DNA of 35,465 nucleotides from contig JAJCZT010000087.1 of the NCBI GenBank assembly GCA_029262255.1, positions 1 through 35,465 of the forward strand. The letters are read 5' to 3'. Every line of letters starts with the position of its first letter. Position 1 is the first letter of the stretch. The position numbers and the translations under genes are program-made. The notes beneath the pieces are model-generated. The model made no database searches. It saw nothing but the letters and a program-made list of their open reading frames with translations, and was not told where the DNA came from. This document shows, piece after piece, positions 1-10,054 of this stretch. The stretch comes from Deltaproteobacteria bacterium. Lineage in GTDB: Bacteria; Desulfobacterota_D; UBA1144; Nemesobacterales; UBA2774.

Positions 1-1371
1 CCCTTGATCTAGAATCTTCTCTAAAAGCGGCTCTGCTTTACTAATTTCTTCCCGCTTCAAAATCCTATACTTCGTATGGTCTAAAGCATGATGCAATGTA
101 ATCTCGTCCATATCTGCCGGATTCATCTCACCAAGTGTCAGTAGATCAGCTGTGGCCTTACCCCTTTTATCATAAATGCGCCATACCCTTTTGCTCCCCG
201 GGTTATGAGTTTTTTCACGGGACTCGGATAACTTTAGAGAAGGTAGCCAGTCTTCTCCGTCACTTACGGCAACCAGCTTGTAAACCCCGTCCAAAGCCGG
301 AGCTCCTATTGATGTTATCAAACTTGTTCCAACTCCATATACCAGGCGTTTAATAAGATGGTCCGGATCCACGCCAAATCGTGGGGCCTCCTCTTCTATT
401 TGGGTTATTATTTGCCAGACCACAAGTTCGTCAATCTGGTTAGAAAGCACTATTTTTGTGTTTGGGAATCCGGCCTTATCCAACATTGCCGCCGCCTGAA
501 TACTAAGATATGCGAGATCACCCGAGTCAAGTCTTATGCCTACAGGTTCATGCCCTTTGCGTCTTAATTCTTCAAATACTACAATCGCATTGGGAATTCC
601 GCTTTGAAGCGTATTAATCGTATCCACAAGTAGGAGGCAATCGTCCGGATAAAGCTCAGCGTAGGCTCTAAAGGCGCCTAATTCTCCTTCCCCCATTGCT
701 ATAAATACCTGCACCATACTGTGCCCGTGCGTTCCCTTAGGCGGATAGCCCAGAGAGTGGGAAATTCCGACATTTGACGAAAAATCCGCCCCCCCTATAA
801 GTGCTGCGCGTACCCCTGCATTTACACCCGTATCTTGACCCCGACGGAGACCAAACTCCAAAAGCGGCTGCCCGCGCGCAGTATCCTTAATCCGTGCTGC
901 TTTTGTAGCTATAAGAGTCTGATAATTGAGTTTGTTAAGAAGAGCGGACTCCAGAATCTGAGCCATTGCGAGGGGTCCCTCTATAACGGTTAGCGGAACA
1001 TTGGGATGAACGACCCTGCCCTCTGGGATTGAGAACATTGTAATACCCTCAAAATTTCCATATTCCTCCAACCAATTAAGGAAATCGTCTCTGAAAACCC
1101 GCTCCCCCGTCAGGCCCGTTTGCCCTTTAAGATAGTTAATTTCCTCCACGCCGAATCTGGAATTCACCATCCATTCTACAGCCCACTGAAGGCCCGCATT
1201 GATACAGTAGCCGGCCTGATGAGAGCCGTAGTCCGGGTAATTTCGGAAGAAATGGTCGAATTGTGACTCTTTTTCGTGAATGCCCATAACGAAATAGAGC
1301 TGGGCCATAGTTAACTGATATTGGTCGGTAAATAATATCCCTTCTGATATTTTAGAATCTTTGCGGTTCAT
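1..1371 (-). CDS. pncB: Nicotinate phosphoribosyltransferase (3' end runs off the window; absent from the ORF track)
   Basis: Manual translation from ATG at 1371: [27 protein letters not shown]...FDHFFRNYP; internal motifs [19 protein letters not shown] and LLVDT typical of NAPRTases. Confidence 0.9.
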   Translation of the reverse strand, partial: MNRKDSKISEGILFTDQYQLTMAQLYFVMGIHEKESQFDHFFRNYPDYGSHQAGYCINAGLQWAVEWMVNSRFGVEEINYLKGQTGLTGERVFRDDFLNWLEEYGNFEGITMFSIPEGRVVHPNVPLTVIEGPLAMAQILESALLNKLNYQTLIATKAARIKDTARGQPLLEFGLRRGQDTGVNAGVRAALIGGADFSSNVGISHSLGYPPKGTHGHSMVQVFIAMGEGELGAFRAYAELYPDDCLLLVDTINTLQSGIPNAIVVFEELRRKGHEPVGIRLDSGDLAYLSIQAAAMLDKAGFPNTKIVLSNQIDELVVWQIITQIEEEAPRFGVDPDHLIKRLVYGVGTSLITSIGAPALDGVYKLVAVSDGEDWLPSLKLSESREKTHNPGSKRVWRIYDKRGKATADLLTLGEMNPADMDEITLHHALDHTKYRILKREEISKAEPLLEKILDQG

Positions 1372-1379
1372 TAGTATTT

Positions 1380-1388
1380 AGTTTAGCA
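1380..1388 (-). promoter_or_regulatory. Extended -10 element (TGcTAAACT) 8 nt upstream of pncB ATG; probable leaderless transcript
   Basis: Minus strand reads GTGCTAAACTAAATACTA-ATG; no SD motif. Confidence 0.45.
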
Positions 1389-1461
1389 CTTATAAGCCGA
1401 GTTACATACATTTTAAAGATGAATAATTAGAGCGAATAATCAATGTTACTCTGACAATATA

Positions 1462-2241
1462 TTATAGAAGGAGAAATAGTTTTGTTAGGAAAAAATCACC
1501 GATAATAATAAGAAGAAGAGACGCGACAACGGTCGCGGTTGTTGCTCTTCCTACACCCTGAGTGCCGCCTTCCGCTTTCATTCCTATATAGCAGCCGGTA
1601 ATGGCCACAATGATCCCAAAGAAGAAGGTTTTAGCTATACCGCTTACAAAATCAGCAAGATCCACCCACTCCAATATACTGGACATAAACAACCTGGGCT
1701 GAACATCCAGATCGATATTTGACATGATCATGGCGCCGAATATGCCTGAAAAATCAGCAATAATGGCAAGAAATGGAAAAGATATAATAGCGGCAATGAG
1801 CCTTGGTGCAACTAGTTTTCTTAGAGGATCAGCCCCCATTGTCCTTATAGCGTCAATTTGCTCGGTTACTTTCATTGAGCCTATTTCCGCTGTAATTCCC
1901 GAACCTACTCTACCCCCAACAAGTAGTGAAGTAACAACAGGTCCCAGTTCTCTGACGAAGGAGAGAGAAACAACAGGTCCTACAACCCCTTTTGCCCCGA
2001 ACCAAGCGAAACCCCAGGCGAGCTGGACAACCATGACCATACCGATGGCCATTGCTGAAACGATTACGATTGGAATGGATTTATATCCTATCTCATGTAT
2101 TTGTTCAAGGACCAAACCAAGGTTAAAAGGACGGGTAAAACTTGCGTAAATCGATCTGTAGAGGAAGAGGCCCACTTCTCCCAAACTCTCGACTAAACTC
2201 ATGATGTATGATCCGATTCTCTCTATGTAGTTTCCAATCAT
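1462..2241 (-). CDS. mlaE: MlaE-family ABC transporter permease
   Basis: VRELGPVVTSLLVGGRVGSGITAEIGSMKVTEQIDAIRTMG and GGTQGVGRATT signatures; multiple TM segments. Confidence 0.93.
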   Translation of the reverse strand: MIGNYIERIGSYIMSLVESLGEVGLFLYRSIYASFTRPFNLGLVLEQIHEIGYKSIPIVIVSAMAIGMVMVVQLAWGFAWFGAKGVVGPVVSLSFVRELGPVVTSLLVGGRVGSGITAEIGSMKVTEQIDAIRTMGADPLRKLVAPRLIAAIISFPFLAIIADFSGIFGAMIMSNIDLDVQPRLFMSSILEWVDLADFVSGIAKTFFFGIIVAITGCYIGMKAEGGTQGVGRATTATVVASLLLIIIGDFFLTKLFLLL

Positions 2242-2243
2242 AT

Positions 2244-2792
2244 TTACAAAGCCTTAAACTGGGATACAAATCCATCAAAATCTACAATGCCTATTTCAAA
2301 GTGCTCGGGTGAGGATGCATAAGTAAAATCATATATACAGATACCCTTCTTAAGCACTACAGTTGCGATTTTAATTGGGACGTTATTTAAACTACCTATA
2401 TAGATTGTTTTAAGCGCTTTGTGCCCGTCAACAATTATCTCTTCCCGCGCTAGAGCTTCTTTGCCCTTAATACCAATTAGAAGTGATTCAGATAGGGCCT
2501 TTAAGCTGTAATTTTTCTTTTTCTCATTACACGTTGAATTGACGGTCATCGTGGCATCAAACTGGGTATTAGTATATGCCAAATCCCCGCCTTCAACCTT
2601 ATTTATTTTCCATGAAGGCGGAAGAGTGCCTATTCTGTACGAGGTATCGTCAGTTTGGAATACCTGCCCTTTTAAATCACCCGAATCATCAGAACCTGCC
2701 GAAGCATAATATCCGATGAATCTCGTAACAGAACAAGAATTCAAACAAACAATGAATATGAATAAAGAAAAAGATATAAAGAGCTTGTTCAT
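2244..2792 (-). CDS. Uncharacterised lipoprotein (possibly PsbP/DcrB-like fold), coupled to mlaE
   Basis: MNK + hydrophobic stretch + lipobox LNS-C; stop lies 2 nt before the mlaE start; fold call is inference from LPPSW...IVDG...YDFTY pattern. Confidence 0.7.
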   Translation of the reverse strand: MNKLFISFSLFIFIVCLNSCSVTRFIGYYASAGSDDSGDLKGQVFQTDDTSYRIGTLPPSWKINKVEGGDLAYTNTQFDATMTVNSTCNEKKKNYSLKALSESLLIGIKGKEALAREEIIVDGHKALKTIYIGSLNNVPIKIATVVLKKGICIYDFTYASSPEHFEIGIVDFDGFVSQFKAL

Positions 2793-2956
2793 ATAACCTT
2801 AAATTTGGAGTTAGATTTACCGACCTTTGATTTGAGATAAAAAACAATATAAAACCCAAAAAGTACAAGTAGACTTTCAATAATACTTGAATCTCTTAAA
2901 AAAACCAAGCATCTTAAACCCTAAACAACGTTACTTTTTTTAAGGGTGAGACAAGT

Positions 2957-3223
2957 TTGATTAAAGTAGAAATTTACACAAGCGACTATTGTGGTTATTG
3001 CAATGCGGCAAAAGCTATCTTTAATAAAAAGGGAGTGGAGTATACCGAAATTAATCTAAGTCATGATCACGAGCTTAGAATTAAACTTGTAGAGAAGCAT
3101 AATTGGAGAACAGTGCCAATGATTGTAATTAATGAAACTTTGATCGGTGGATATGAGCAGCTTGTAGAATTAGAAAGAAGAGGCGAGCTGGATCAATTGC
3201 TTTCAATTGAGACCCAAGGTTAA
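2957..3223 (+). CDS. grxC: Dithiol glutaredoxin (GrxC-like)
   Basis: CGYC active site, RTVPMI, IGGY; TTG start preceded by AAGGGTG SD. Confidence 0.88.
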   Translation: MIKVEIYTSDYCGYCNAAKAIFNKKGVEYTEINLSHDHELRIKLVEKHNWRTVPMIVINETLIGGYEQLVELERRGELDQLLSIETQG

Positions 3224-3234
3224 ACCCCCTCAAG

Positions 3235-3263
3235 TTGACTCCCAGACAACTCTAAATTAACAT
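3235..3263 (+). promoter_or_regulatory. sigma70-type promoter of gltX
   Basis: TTGACT-17 nt-TAACAT, 9 nt before the ATG; no SD. Confidence 0.6.
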
Positions 3264-3272
3264 TACACCCCC

Positions 3273-4670
3273 ATGACAGTAAGAACCAGATTTGCACCGA
3301 GCCCAACAGGCTCCCTACATATAGGCGGCGCTAGAACCGCAATATTCAATTGGCTTTTTGCAAGAAATGCCGGAGGTGAATTCATATTACGTATAGAAGA
3401 CACAGACCGAACAAGATCTACAGAAGAGTCCATTGAGGAAATAACCGATGCTATGGAATGGTTAGGTCTTGATTGGGACGAGGGGCCCTTTAGACAGTCT
3501 GATAGACTCGACATATATCAAGAACACGCAAATAAGCTTTTAGAATCCGGGAAGGCCTACAAGTGTTATGTTACTCCCGAGGAGCTTGAAGAGAAAAGAA
3601 AAGAGGCTCAAAGCAAAGGAGAAGTACTCCGCTACAAAAGAGAATGGGCCAAGTTAAACGAGGGGCCGGATAATCCCTATGCCATTCGTTTACAAACACC
3701 GGATGAAGGAGCGATTGAGGTACAGGATTTATTAAGAGGCATAGTAACATTTGATGCAGGCGAGGTGGACGATTTCGTAATTCTGAAAAGAGACGGCTTC
3801 CCGACATATAATTTTGCGGTAGTAGTAGACGACGCCACAATGAACATAACGCACGTAATAAGAGGGGACGACCACTTAATAAATACGCCGAGGCAAGTCC
3901 TGATTTATAACGCTCTATCTTATGAAATACCTAAGATAGCTCATGTCTCGATGATCCTGGGCGCTGATAACAAAAGACTCAGCAAACGCCACGGAGCAAC
4001 CTCTGTGGTCGCATATAAAGACCGGGGATATCTGCCTGAAGCGATTATTAATTTTCTTTCCCGCCTCGGCTGGTCTTACGGGGATCAGGAAATATTTTCT
4101 AAAACGGAACTTGTAGAAAAATTCACTCTCAAAAATGTAGGAAAGTCTGCGGCCGTTTTCAATGAAGAAAAATTAGACTGGTTAAACGCCTGGTATATAA
4201 GAAACGAGCCGGCTCAAGAAATTGCAAAGCTCGTCATCCCGTTACTTAAAGAAAAAGGACTTGAAGTCGAGTTGGACAACAAGCTCATCAAAATTGTACA
4301 AGAGTTAAGTCAGCGAGCCAAAACGTTACTTGATATATCGAATACTATAGATTATTTCTATGCCGATGAGATCGAATATGAAGAGAAGGCTAAGAGCAAA
4401 TTCCTAAAGCCCGAAATCAAGCCTGTTCTTCAAGAGCTGGCAGATAGACTTTCAAGTCTTGCCGACTTTAACATGGATGAAATGCACAAGGTATTTGATC
4501 AGGTGATGGAAGAAAGAGAGCTTAAGCTTGGCAAAATTGCACAGCCTCTAAGGGTTGCGCTTACCGGCGGAACAGTAAGCCCCGGAATATTTGAAGTTAT
4601 GGATATTTTAGGAAAAGATGAAGTGCTAAAACGTCTAAGCAAGGCTATATCGACAATCCCAAACAATTGA
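3273..4670 (+). CDS. gltX: Glutamate--tRNA ligase
   Basis: RFAPSPTG-HIGG, RIEDTD, RGDDH, RLSKR class I motifs; C-terminal anticodon-binding domain. Confidence 0.97.
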   Translation: MTVRTRFAPSPTGSLHIGGARTAIFNWLFARNAGGEFILRIEDTDRTRSTEESIEEITDAMEWLGLDWDEGPFRQSDRLDIYQEHANKLLESGKAYKCYVTPEELEEKRKEAQSKGEVLRYKREWAKLNEGPDNPYAIRLQTPDEGAIEVQDLLRGIVTFDAGEVDDFVILKRDGFPTYNFAVVVDDATMNITHVIRGDDHLINTPRQVLIYNALSYEIPKIAHVSMILGADNKRLSKRHGATSVVAYKDRGYLPEAIINFLSRLGWSYGDQEIFSKTELVEKFTLKNVGKSAAVFNEEKLDWLNAWYIRNEPAQEIAKLVIPLLKEKGLEVELDNKLIKIVQELSQRAKTLLDISNTIDYFYADEIEYEEKAKSKFLKPEIKPVLQELADRLSSLADFNMDEMHKVFDQVMEERELKLGKIAQPLRVALTGGTVSPGIFEVMDILGKDEVLKRLSKAISTIPNN

Positions 4671-4718
4671 TGCTCCAAACAGCTTACCGACTCAAGACTG
4701 ATAACAAATTAGAACTAA

Positions 4719-5585
4719 TTACGAGTAGTCAAAAAATCCTCTACCAGTTTTTCGGCCTAACCATCCTGCCCGTACCATCTGGCGAAGAAGCGGGGCTGCC
4801 CGGAACTTGGAATCCCGAAACTCTCTGTAGAAGGTATCCATAACATCTAAGGTAACATCGAGTCCGATCAGATCGATTAGAGCGAGAGGACCTATGGGCT
4901 GATTTGTGCCCAGCTTCATCGCTTTATCTATGTCTTCTGCTGTCCCAACTCCGTCCTGATAAGCAAAAACCGCTTCATTTAGCATCGGAACTAAAATCCT
5001 GTTAACAATAAAACCGGGGCTGTCCTTGGTTTTTACAGGTTCTTTGCCGAGAGCGAGCGCAAAATCATATGCAAACTGCACTGTTTCATCAGATGTTGTT
5101 AGCGTCTTTATTATTTCTACGAGTTTCATCAAAGGGGCGGGATTAAAAAAATGCATGCCTACTATTTTATCGGCTTTGCTGGTGCTTACTGCAATCTCTA
5201 CTATTGGAAGAGAAGAGGTATTCGTTGCAAGAACAACGTCTTCTCCGGTTATGTTATCAAGCTTGTTGTAAATTTCCTTTTTTACATCCATATCCTCAAA
5301 AACTGCTTCTATTACGAGGTCCGCATCCCCTAAATCTTCAAATTTCGTAGTTTTTACGATCCGGCTTAGTATTGAGTAACGGTCTTCTTCGCTAATCGCT
5401 TCCTTTTTAACAAGTCTGCCAAGACTCTTCTCAATGCCTTTTATCCCCCTATCTAAAGCCGCATCAGAAACATCCACAAGTACTACGTCTCTGTTGTTAG
5501 ACGCAATAACCTGCGCAATCCCCGAGCCCATTGTTCCTGAACCGATTACGCCTATTTTCTTAATATCTTCAACCTTTTTCGACAT
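4719..5585 (-). CDS. hbd: 3-hydroxybutyryl-CoA / 3-hydroxyacyl-CoA dehydrogenase
   Basis: GSGTMGSGIA Rossmann motif, NTSSL, GMHFFNPA, PGFIVNRIL; start placed at ATG 5585 (MSKK) because of AAGGAG SD. Confidence 0.92.
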   Translation of the reverse strand: MSKKVEDIKKIGVIGSGTMGSGIAQVIASNNRDVVLVDVSDAALDRGIKGIEKSLGRLVKKEAISEEDRYSILSRIVKTTKFEDLGDADLVIEAVFEDMDVKKEIYNKLDNITGEDVVLATNTSSLPIVEIAVSTSKADKIVGMHFFNPAPLMKLVEIIKTLTTSDETVQFAYDFALALGKEPVKTKDSPGFIVNRILVPMLNEAVFAYQDGVGTAEDIDKAMKLGTNQPIGPLALIDLIGLDVTLDVMDTFYREFRDSKFRAAPLLRQMVRAGWLGRKTGRGFFDYS

Positions 5586-5670
5586 GTTTGACTCCTTACG
5601 ATGCACACAAACTCTAGGTTATTTTAGTATACCAAACCGTGCGTTTAAGCGATATACGAAAGATAAATAT

Positions 5671-5699
5671 TTGAAACCCCGCGTTTCCCAAATTACAAT
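5671..5699 (+). promoter_or_regulatory. sigma70-type promoter of coaE, leaderless geometry
   Basis: TTGAAA-17 nt-TACAAT, 6 nt before ATG 5706; no SD. Confidence 0.7.
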
Positions 5700-5705
5700 A
5701 CCCAA

Positions 5706-6302
5706 ATGAAGGTAATAGGGCTCACCGGAAACATCGCTTCGGGAAAAAGCGTTGTCGCATCAATGCTCGAGGATCTAGGAGCTAAGGTTATTGATGCCGA
5801 CTACATAGCAAGAAAAGTTGTAGAACCAAATCAAGCGGCTTGGAAAGAAATAGTCCAGAGCTTTGGAAAAAATATTCTTAACCCTGACAACTCAATTAAC
5901 AGAAAGGAGCTTGGGGAGATAATATTTAATGACAATGAGAAAAGAAAAATGTTAAACGATATAACCCACCCAAAGATCATACAGAGGGTGAGAGAAGCTG
6001 TTAAAACATATAAGAATGAAAATGTAAAAGTAGTCATAATCGAGGCTGCTCTTATTGTGGAGAAGGGTGGGCTCAAGGACTTAATAGAGAAGCTAATAGT
6101 AGTAACTTCGGATGAGGCTTCTCAAATAGAGAGATTAACAAAAAGGAACAACCTATCCAAAGAAGAAGCTCTATCCCGTATAAACTCACAAATGCCAACA
6201 TTAGAAAAAGCGCAGTATGCAGACTATATAATCGACAATTCAGGAACAACAGATAAGACTCAGGATCAGGTGAAAAGCATCTGGAAGGAAATCGTGACTT
6301 AA
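5706..6302 (+). CDS. coaE: Dephospho-CoA kinase
   Basis: GLTGNIASGKS P-loop, IDAD, LNDITHPKI, RINSQMP, ADYIIDN. Confidence 0.96.
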   Translation: MKVIGLTGNIASGKSVVASMLEDLGAKVIDADYIARKVVEPNQAAWKEIVQSFGKNILNPDNSINRKELGEIIFNDNEKRKMLNDITHPKIIQRVREAVKTYKNENVKVVIIEAALIVEKGGLKDLIEKLIVVTSDEASQIERLTKRNNLSKEEALSRINSQMPTLEKAQYADYIIDNSGTTDKTQDQVKSIWKEIVT

Positions 6303-6383
6303 GAAATCGTGATCTTTTTACAAAAAACACCCTTAGCACTAAAAAATATGACTACTATATCCGCCTAATCATTTAAATTTGAA

Positions 6384-6412
6384 TTGACACTCAAACTTGC
6401 CAACCATAGGTT
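6384..6412 (+). promoter_or_regulatory. sigma70-type promoter of the acyl-CoA carboxylase operon
   Basis: TTGACA-17 nt-TAGGTT; AAGGAG SD before ATG 6460. Confidence 0.55.
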
Positions 6413-6459
6413 TTCATAGTAGATTTTTGGATTCTTAACAACCTTCAAAGGAGCAAATA

Positions 6460-8004
6460 ATGAAGGAAAAAATTGCAGTACTAGAACAAAAAGAAAAAGA
6501 AGCCGAGTCAGGAGGCGGGGAAGCCCGTATAAAGAAACAGCATGACAACGGCAAACTCACAGCTAGAGAACGAATAGAACTCCTCGTTGATAAAAATACC
6601 TTTGTAGAACTGGATAAGTTCGTTGTACATAGATGCAATGACTTCGGGATGGGTGATAAGAAATTCCTTGGCGACGGCGTTGTAACCGGGTACGGGAAAG
6701 TTGAAGGTCGTCAGGTATTTGTTTTCGCCCAAGACTTCACAGTTTTCGGCGGCTCACTTGGGATGGAGCATGGAAGAAAGATATGCAAAATAATGGATCT
6801 TGCAATGCAGGTAGGAGCTCCTGTAATTGGACTTAGTGACTCCGGAGGCGCCAGAATTCAGGAAGGCGTGGAAAGTCTGGCCGGATATGCTGAGATTTTT
6901 TCCAGAAATGTGCTCGCCTCGGGTGTCGTACCTCAAATCTCATCAATTATGGGCCCTTGTGCTGGAGGCGCTGTTTATTCTCCGGCAATCACCGACTTCA
7001 CGATTATGGTTAAAGATTCAAGCTATATGTTTATAACGGGTCCGGATGTTATAAAAGCTGTAACGCACGAAGAGGTCAACGCTGAGGATTTAGGCGGCGC
7101 TATTGTTCACAACTCAAGAAGCGGAGTAGCCCACTTTGCGGCTGAAGACGATAAAGAATCAATACTATTAATAAAAGAGCTATTAAGTTTCCTTCCTTCA
7201 AACAATATGGAAGACCCGCCAAGGGTTAAAACAGAAGACCCTTCTGACCGCCGTGATAGGGGACTTAGGTCCATCGTTCCTGAAAATCCCAATAAGCCCT
7301 ACGACATGAAAGACGTTGTGACCTCTGTGGTAGATGAAGGCTACTTTTTTGAAGTTCAAGAACATTATGCGAAAAATATAATTATCGGATTTGTCAGATT
7401 GGCCGGGCGCGTTGTGGGCATTGTTGGAAACCAGCCAAATGTGCTAGCTGGCTGTCTTGATATCGACGCCTCTATTAAAGCCGGCAGGTTTGTAAGATTT
7501 TGTGACTGCTTTAATATCCCTATTTTAACGTTTGAAGATGTCCCGGGGTTTCTGCCCGGAACCTCACAGGAGTGGGGCGGAATTATAAAACACGGCGCCA
7601 AGCTCCTATATGCTTACAGTGAAGCAACTGTTCCCAGAGTTACTGTTATTACAAGGAAGGCTTATGGTGGGGCCTATGATGTTATGTCCTCAAGACACAT
7701 AAGGGGAGATATGACACTGGCTTATCCAACAGCCGAGATTGCTGTTATGGGCTCAGACGGTGCTGTAAATATTATTTCACGAGGTCAAATCGCACAGGCC
7801 GATGATCCTGAAACTGAAAGGGCTAAGCTGATAGAAGAGTACAAGGAAAATTTTGCTAATCCTTACAAAGCTGCCGAACTGGGTTTTGTAGATGAAGTCA
7901 TAAGGCCTGAAGATACCAGGCCCCGAGTAATTGCGGCATTTGAAATGCTTGACGGAAAAAGACAAACTCTTCCTCCTAAAAAGCATGGCAACATTCCACT
8001 TTAA
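6460..8004 (+). CDS. pccB: Acyl-CoA carboxylase carboxyltransferase subunit (PccB/MmdA family)
   Basis: [42 protein letters not shown]-terminal KKHGNIPL. Confidence 0.93.
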   Translation: MKEKIAVLEQKEKEAESGGGEARIKKQHDNGKLTARERIELLVDKNTFVELDKFVVHRCNDFGMGDKKFLGDGVVTGYGKVEGRQVFVFAQDFTVFGGSLGMEHGRKICKIMDLAMQVGAPVIGLSDSGGARIQEGVESLAGYAEIFSRNVLASGVVPQISSIMGPCAGGAVYSPAITDFTIMVKDSSYMFITGPDVIKAVTHEEVNAEDLGGAIVHNSRSGVAHFAAEDDKESILLIKELLSFLPSNNMEDPPRVKTEDPSDRRDRGLRSIVPENPNKPYDMKDVVTSVVDEGYFFEVQEHYAKNIIIGFVRLAGRVVGIVGNQPNVLAGCLDIDASIKAGRFVRFCDCFNIPILTFEDVPGFLPGTSQEWGGIIKHGAKLLYAYSEATVPRVTVITRKAYGGAYDVMSSRHIRGDMTLAYPTAEIAVMGSDGAVNIISRGQIAQADDPETERAKLIEEYKENFANPYKAAELGFVDEVIRPEDTRPRVIAAFEMLDGKRQTLPPKKHGNIPL

Positions 8005-8022
8005 GAACAAAGGAAATACTGA

Positions 8023-9516
8023 ATGTTTAACAAGATACTAATAGCAAATAGAGGGGAGATAGCGGTAAGGATAATCAGAGCCTGTAAGGAATTGGGTGCT
8101 ACTACTGTTGCGGTTTATTCTGATGCTGATCGCAGCTCCCTACATGTGACACTGGCTGATGAAGCATATCACATAGGAGGCTCCGCCCCCGCTGAGAGCT
8201 ATCTGGTTATTGATAAAATAATTGAAGTCGCAAACAAATCAGGCGCACAGGCCATACACCCGGGATTTGGTTTCCTCTCCGAGAACGAAGAGTTTGCACA
8301 AAGGTGTGAAAAAGAGGGGATAGTATTTATCGGACCCTCTGCCGAAGCCATACGACTGATGGGCGACAAGATAACGGCCAGAAAAATTGCACAGGATATA
8401 AAAGTACCACTCGTTCCAGGGTCAGATGGAGCAGTGACTGATGTTGAAGCTTCAGTTATTGCCAGCAAGATTGGCTACCCTGTAATGATAAAAGCCTCTG
8501 CAGGCGGAGGCGGTAAGGGTATGAGACTGGTTAGAGATAAAGAAGAATTTGAAAGCTCGCTCCGTATGGCCAGGAGTGAAGCACGTTCTTCTTTTGGCGA
8601 TGATTCAGTTTTTGTTGAAAGATTTGTTGAACAACCAAGGCATGTAGAAATACAAATACTAGCGGATTCCCATGGTAACACACTACATTTATTTGAACGT
8701 GAATGTTCCATACAAAGAAGACACCAAAAAGTTGTAGAAGAGGCACCTTCATCCGCAATAAGTGCAAAAACTAGAAAGAAAATGGGCGAAGTAGCCATCA
8801 AGATTGCTAAAGCAGTCAATTACAGCGGTGCGGGAACTGTTGAGTTTATAATGGATCAGAATGAGAACTTCTTTTTTCTTGAGATGAACACTCGTGTCCA
8901 GGTAGAGCACCCGGTAACAGAAATGATCAGCAACATAGACATAGTAAAATGGATGGTGCGCATAGCCGCGGGAGAAAAACTACCGTTCAAGCAAAAAGAT
9001 ATCGAAATGAAAGGTTGGGCTCTTGAATGCCGGGTATACGCAGAGGATCCCGAGACCAACTTTATGCCTTCCCCCGGACTACTTAAATATGTTAAAGCTC
9101 CCAGCGGTCCCGGAATTAGGGATGACTCCTCGATTTACAGCGGGTGTGAGATAACTTCTTTTTATGATCCCATGTTATCAAAACTTGTAGTATGGGCAGA
9201 GAACAGAGAGGCCGCAATTGATAAAATGGCATCCGCGCTCAGGGAATACATAGTTCTAGGAGTAAAAACAAACATTGGATTCCTAATACGGTTAATGGAT
9301 AGTGAAGAATTCAGACAAGGCAAGATAGATACAGGTTTTATAGAACGCCACCCCGAACTACTCACTCCGGGAACAGTAGACCTTGAACCCGCATTAATTG
9401 CAGCAGCACTGGCTATAGATGATTTAGAGGAAACGGAGGATTCCAGCAAACAGGATCAATCGAACTGGAAGCTCCTGGGAAGAAAAGCTGCCCTATCCGG
9501 GGGTTCACTAATATGA
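8023..9516 (+). CDS. accC: Biotin carboxylase subunit of acyl-CoA carboxylase
   Basis: ANRGEIA, HPGFGFLSEN, KASAGGGGKGMR, ERECSIQRRHQK, EMNTRVQVEHPVTE. Confidence 0.95.
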   Translation: MFNKILIANRGEIAVRIIRACKELGATTVAVYSDADRSSLHVTLADEAYHIGGSAPAESYLVIDKIIEVANKSGAQAIHPGFGFLSENEEFAQRCEKEGIVFIGPSAEAIRLMGDKITARKIAQDIKVPLVPGSDGAVTDVEASVIASKIGYPVMIKASAGGGGKGMRLVRDKEEFESSLRMARSEARSSFGDDSVFVERFVEQPRHVEIQILADSHGNTLHLFERECSIQRRHQKVVEEAPSSAISAKTRKKMGEVAIKIAKAVNYSGAGTVEFIMDQNENFFFLEMNTRVQVEHPVTEMISNIDIVKWMVRIAAGEKLPFKQKDIEMKGWALECRVYAEDPETNFMPSPGLLKYVKAPSGPGIRDDSSIYSGCEITSFYDPMLSKLVVWAENREAAIDKMASALREYIVLGVKTNIGFLIRLMDSEEFRQGKIDTGFIERHPELLTPGTVDLEPALIAAALAIDDLEETEDSSKQDQSNWKLLGRKAALSGGSLI

Positions 9517-10007
9517 CATATACATTCAAAATCAAAGATAAGGTCTATAAAATTGATATCGAGAAAGAAAAAGACCAAACCGTTATTCAGATTGATGAAA
9601 AAGATATTCCAGTCGAGTTTCACAAAATTGATGACCATATGTACTCCATCATTCTTGAAGGCAAGTCAATTACTATTGGAGTATTAAGAAACGGTAAAAA
9701 ATTACAGATATTCATGGATGGGAATTTATTTGAGATTGAGGCAATCTCTGAAAGGGATCAGCGGAAAGCTCCCCAGACATTGTCGGGAGTCCAGGAAATA
9801 AAATCACCGATGCCCAGCCGCGTTGTTAAAATACTCAAAGAGGTGGGAGACGAGGTCTTGGTCGACGAGGGGGTAATAGTTGTTGAAGCCATGAAAATGG
9901 AAAGCGAGCTTAAATCCCCAATTGAAGGAAAGGTAACCGATCTGTTGGTAAATGAAGGTGATGCTGTTGAAGCGGGAACTTCACTATTAATTGTATCTTC
10001 TGAGTAG
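9513..10007 (+). CDS. Biotin carboxyl carrier subunit with N-terminal beta-rich domain
   Basis: EAMKM biotinylation motif, SPMP; ATGA overlap with the biotin carboxylase stop. Confidence 0.93.
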   Translation: MTYTFKIKDKVYKIDIEKEKDQTVIQIDEKDIPVEFHKIDDHMYSIILEGKSITIGVLRNGKKLQIFMDGNLFEIEAISERDQRKAPQTLSGVQEIKSPMPSRVVKILKEVGDEVLVDEGVIVVEAMKMESELKSPIEGKVTDLLVNEGDAVEAGTSLLIVSSE

Positions 10008-10054
10008 TCCAACTAATTACTTTCACAAAAATTCTATCACTTAATAATAACGTT

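Noticed and set aside
135-567. ORF-track calls 135..353 and 358..567 (+)
   Set aside because: Antisense shadows of the pncB frame on the minus strand; no motifs
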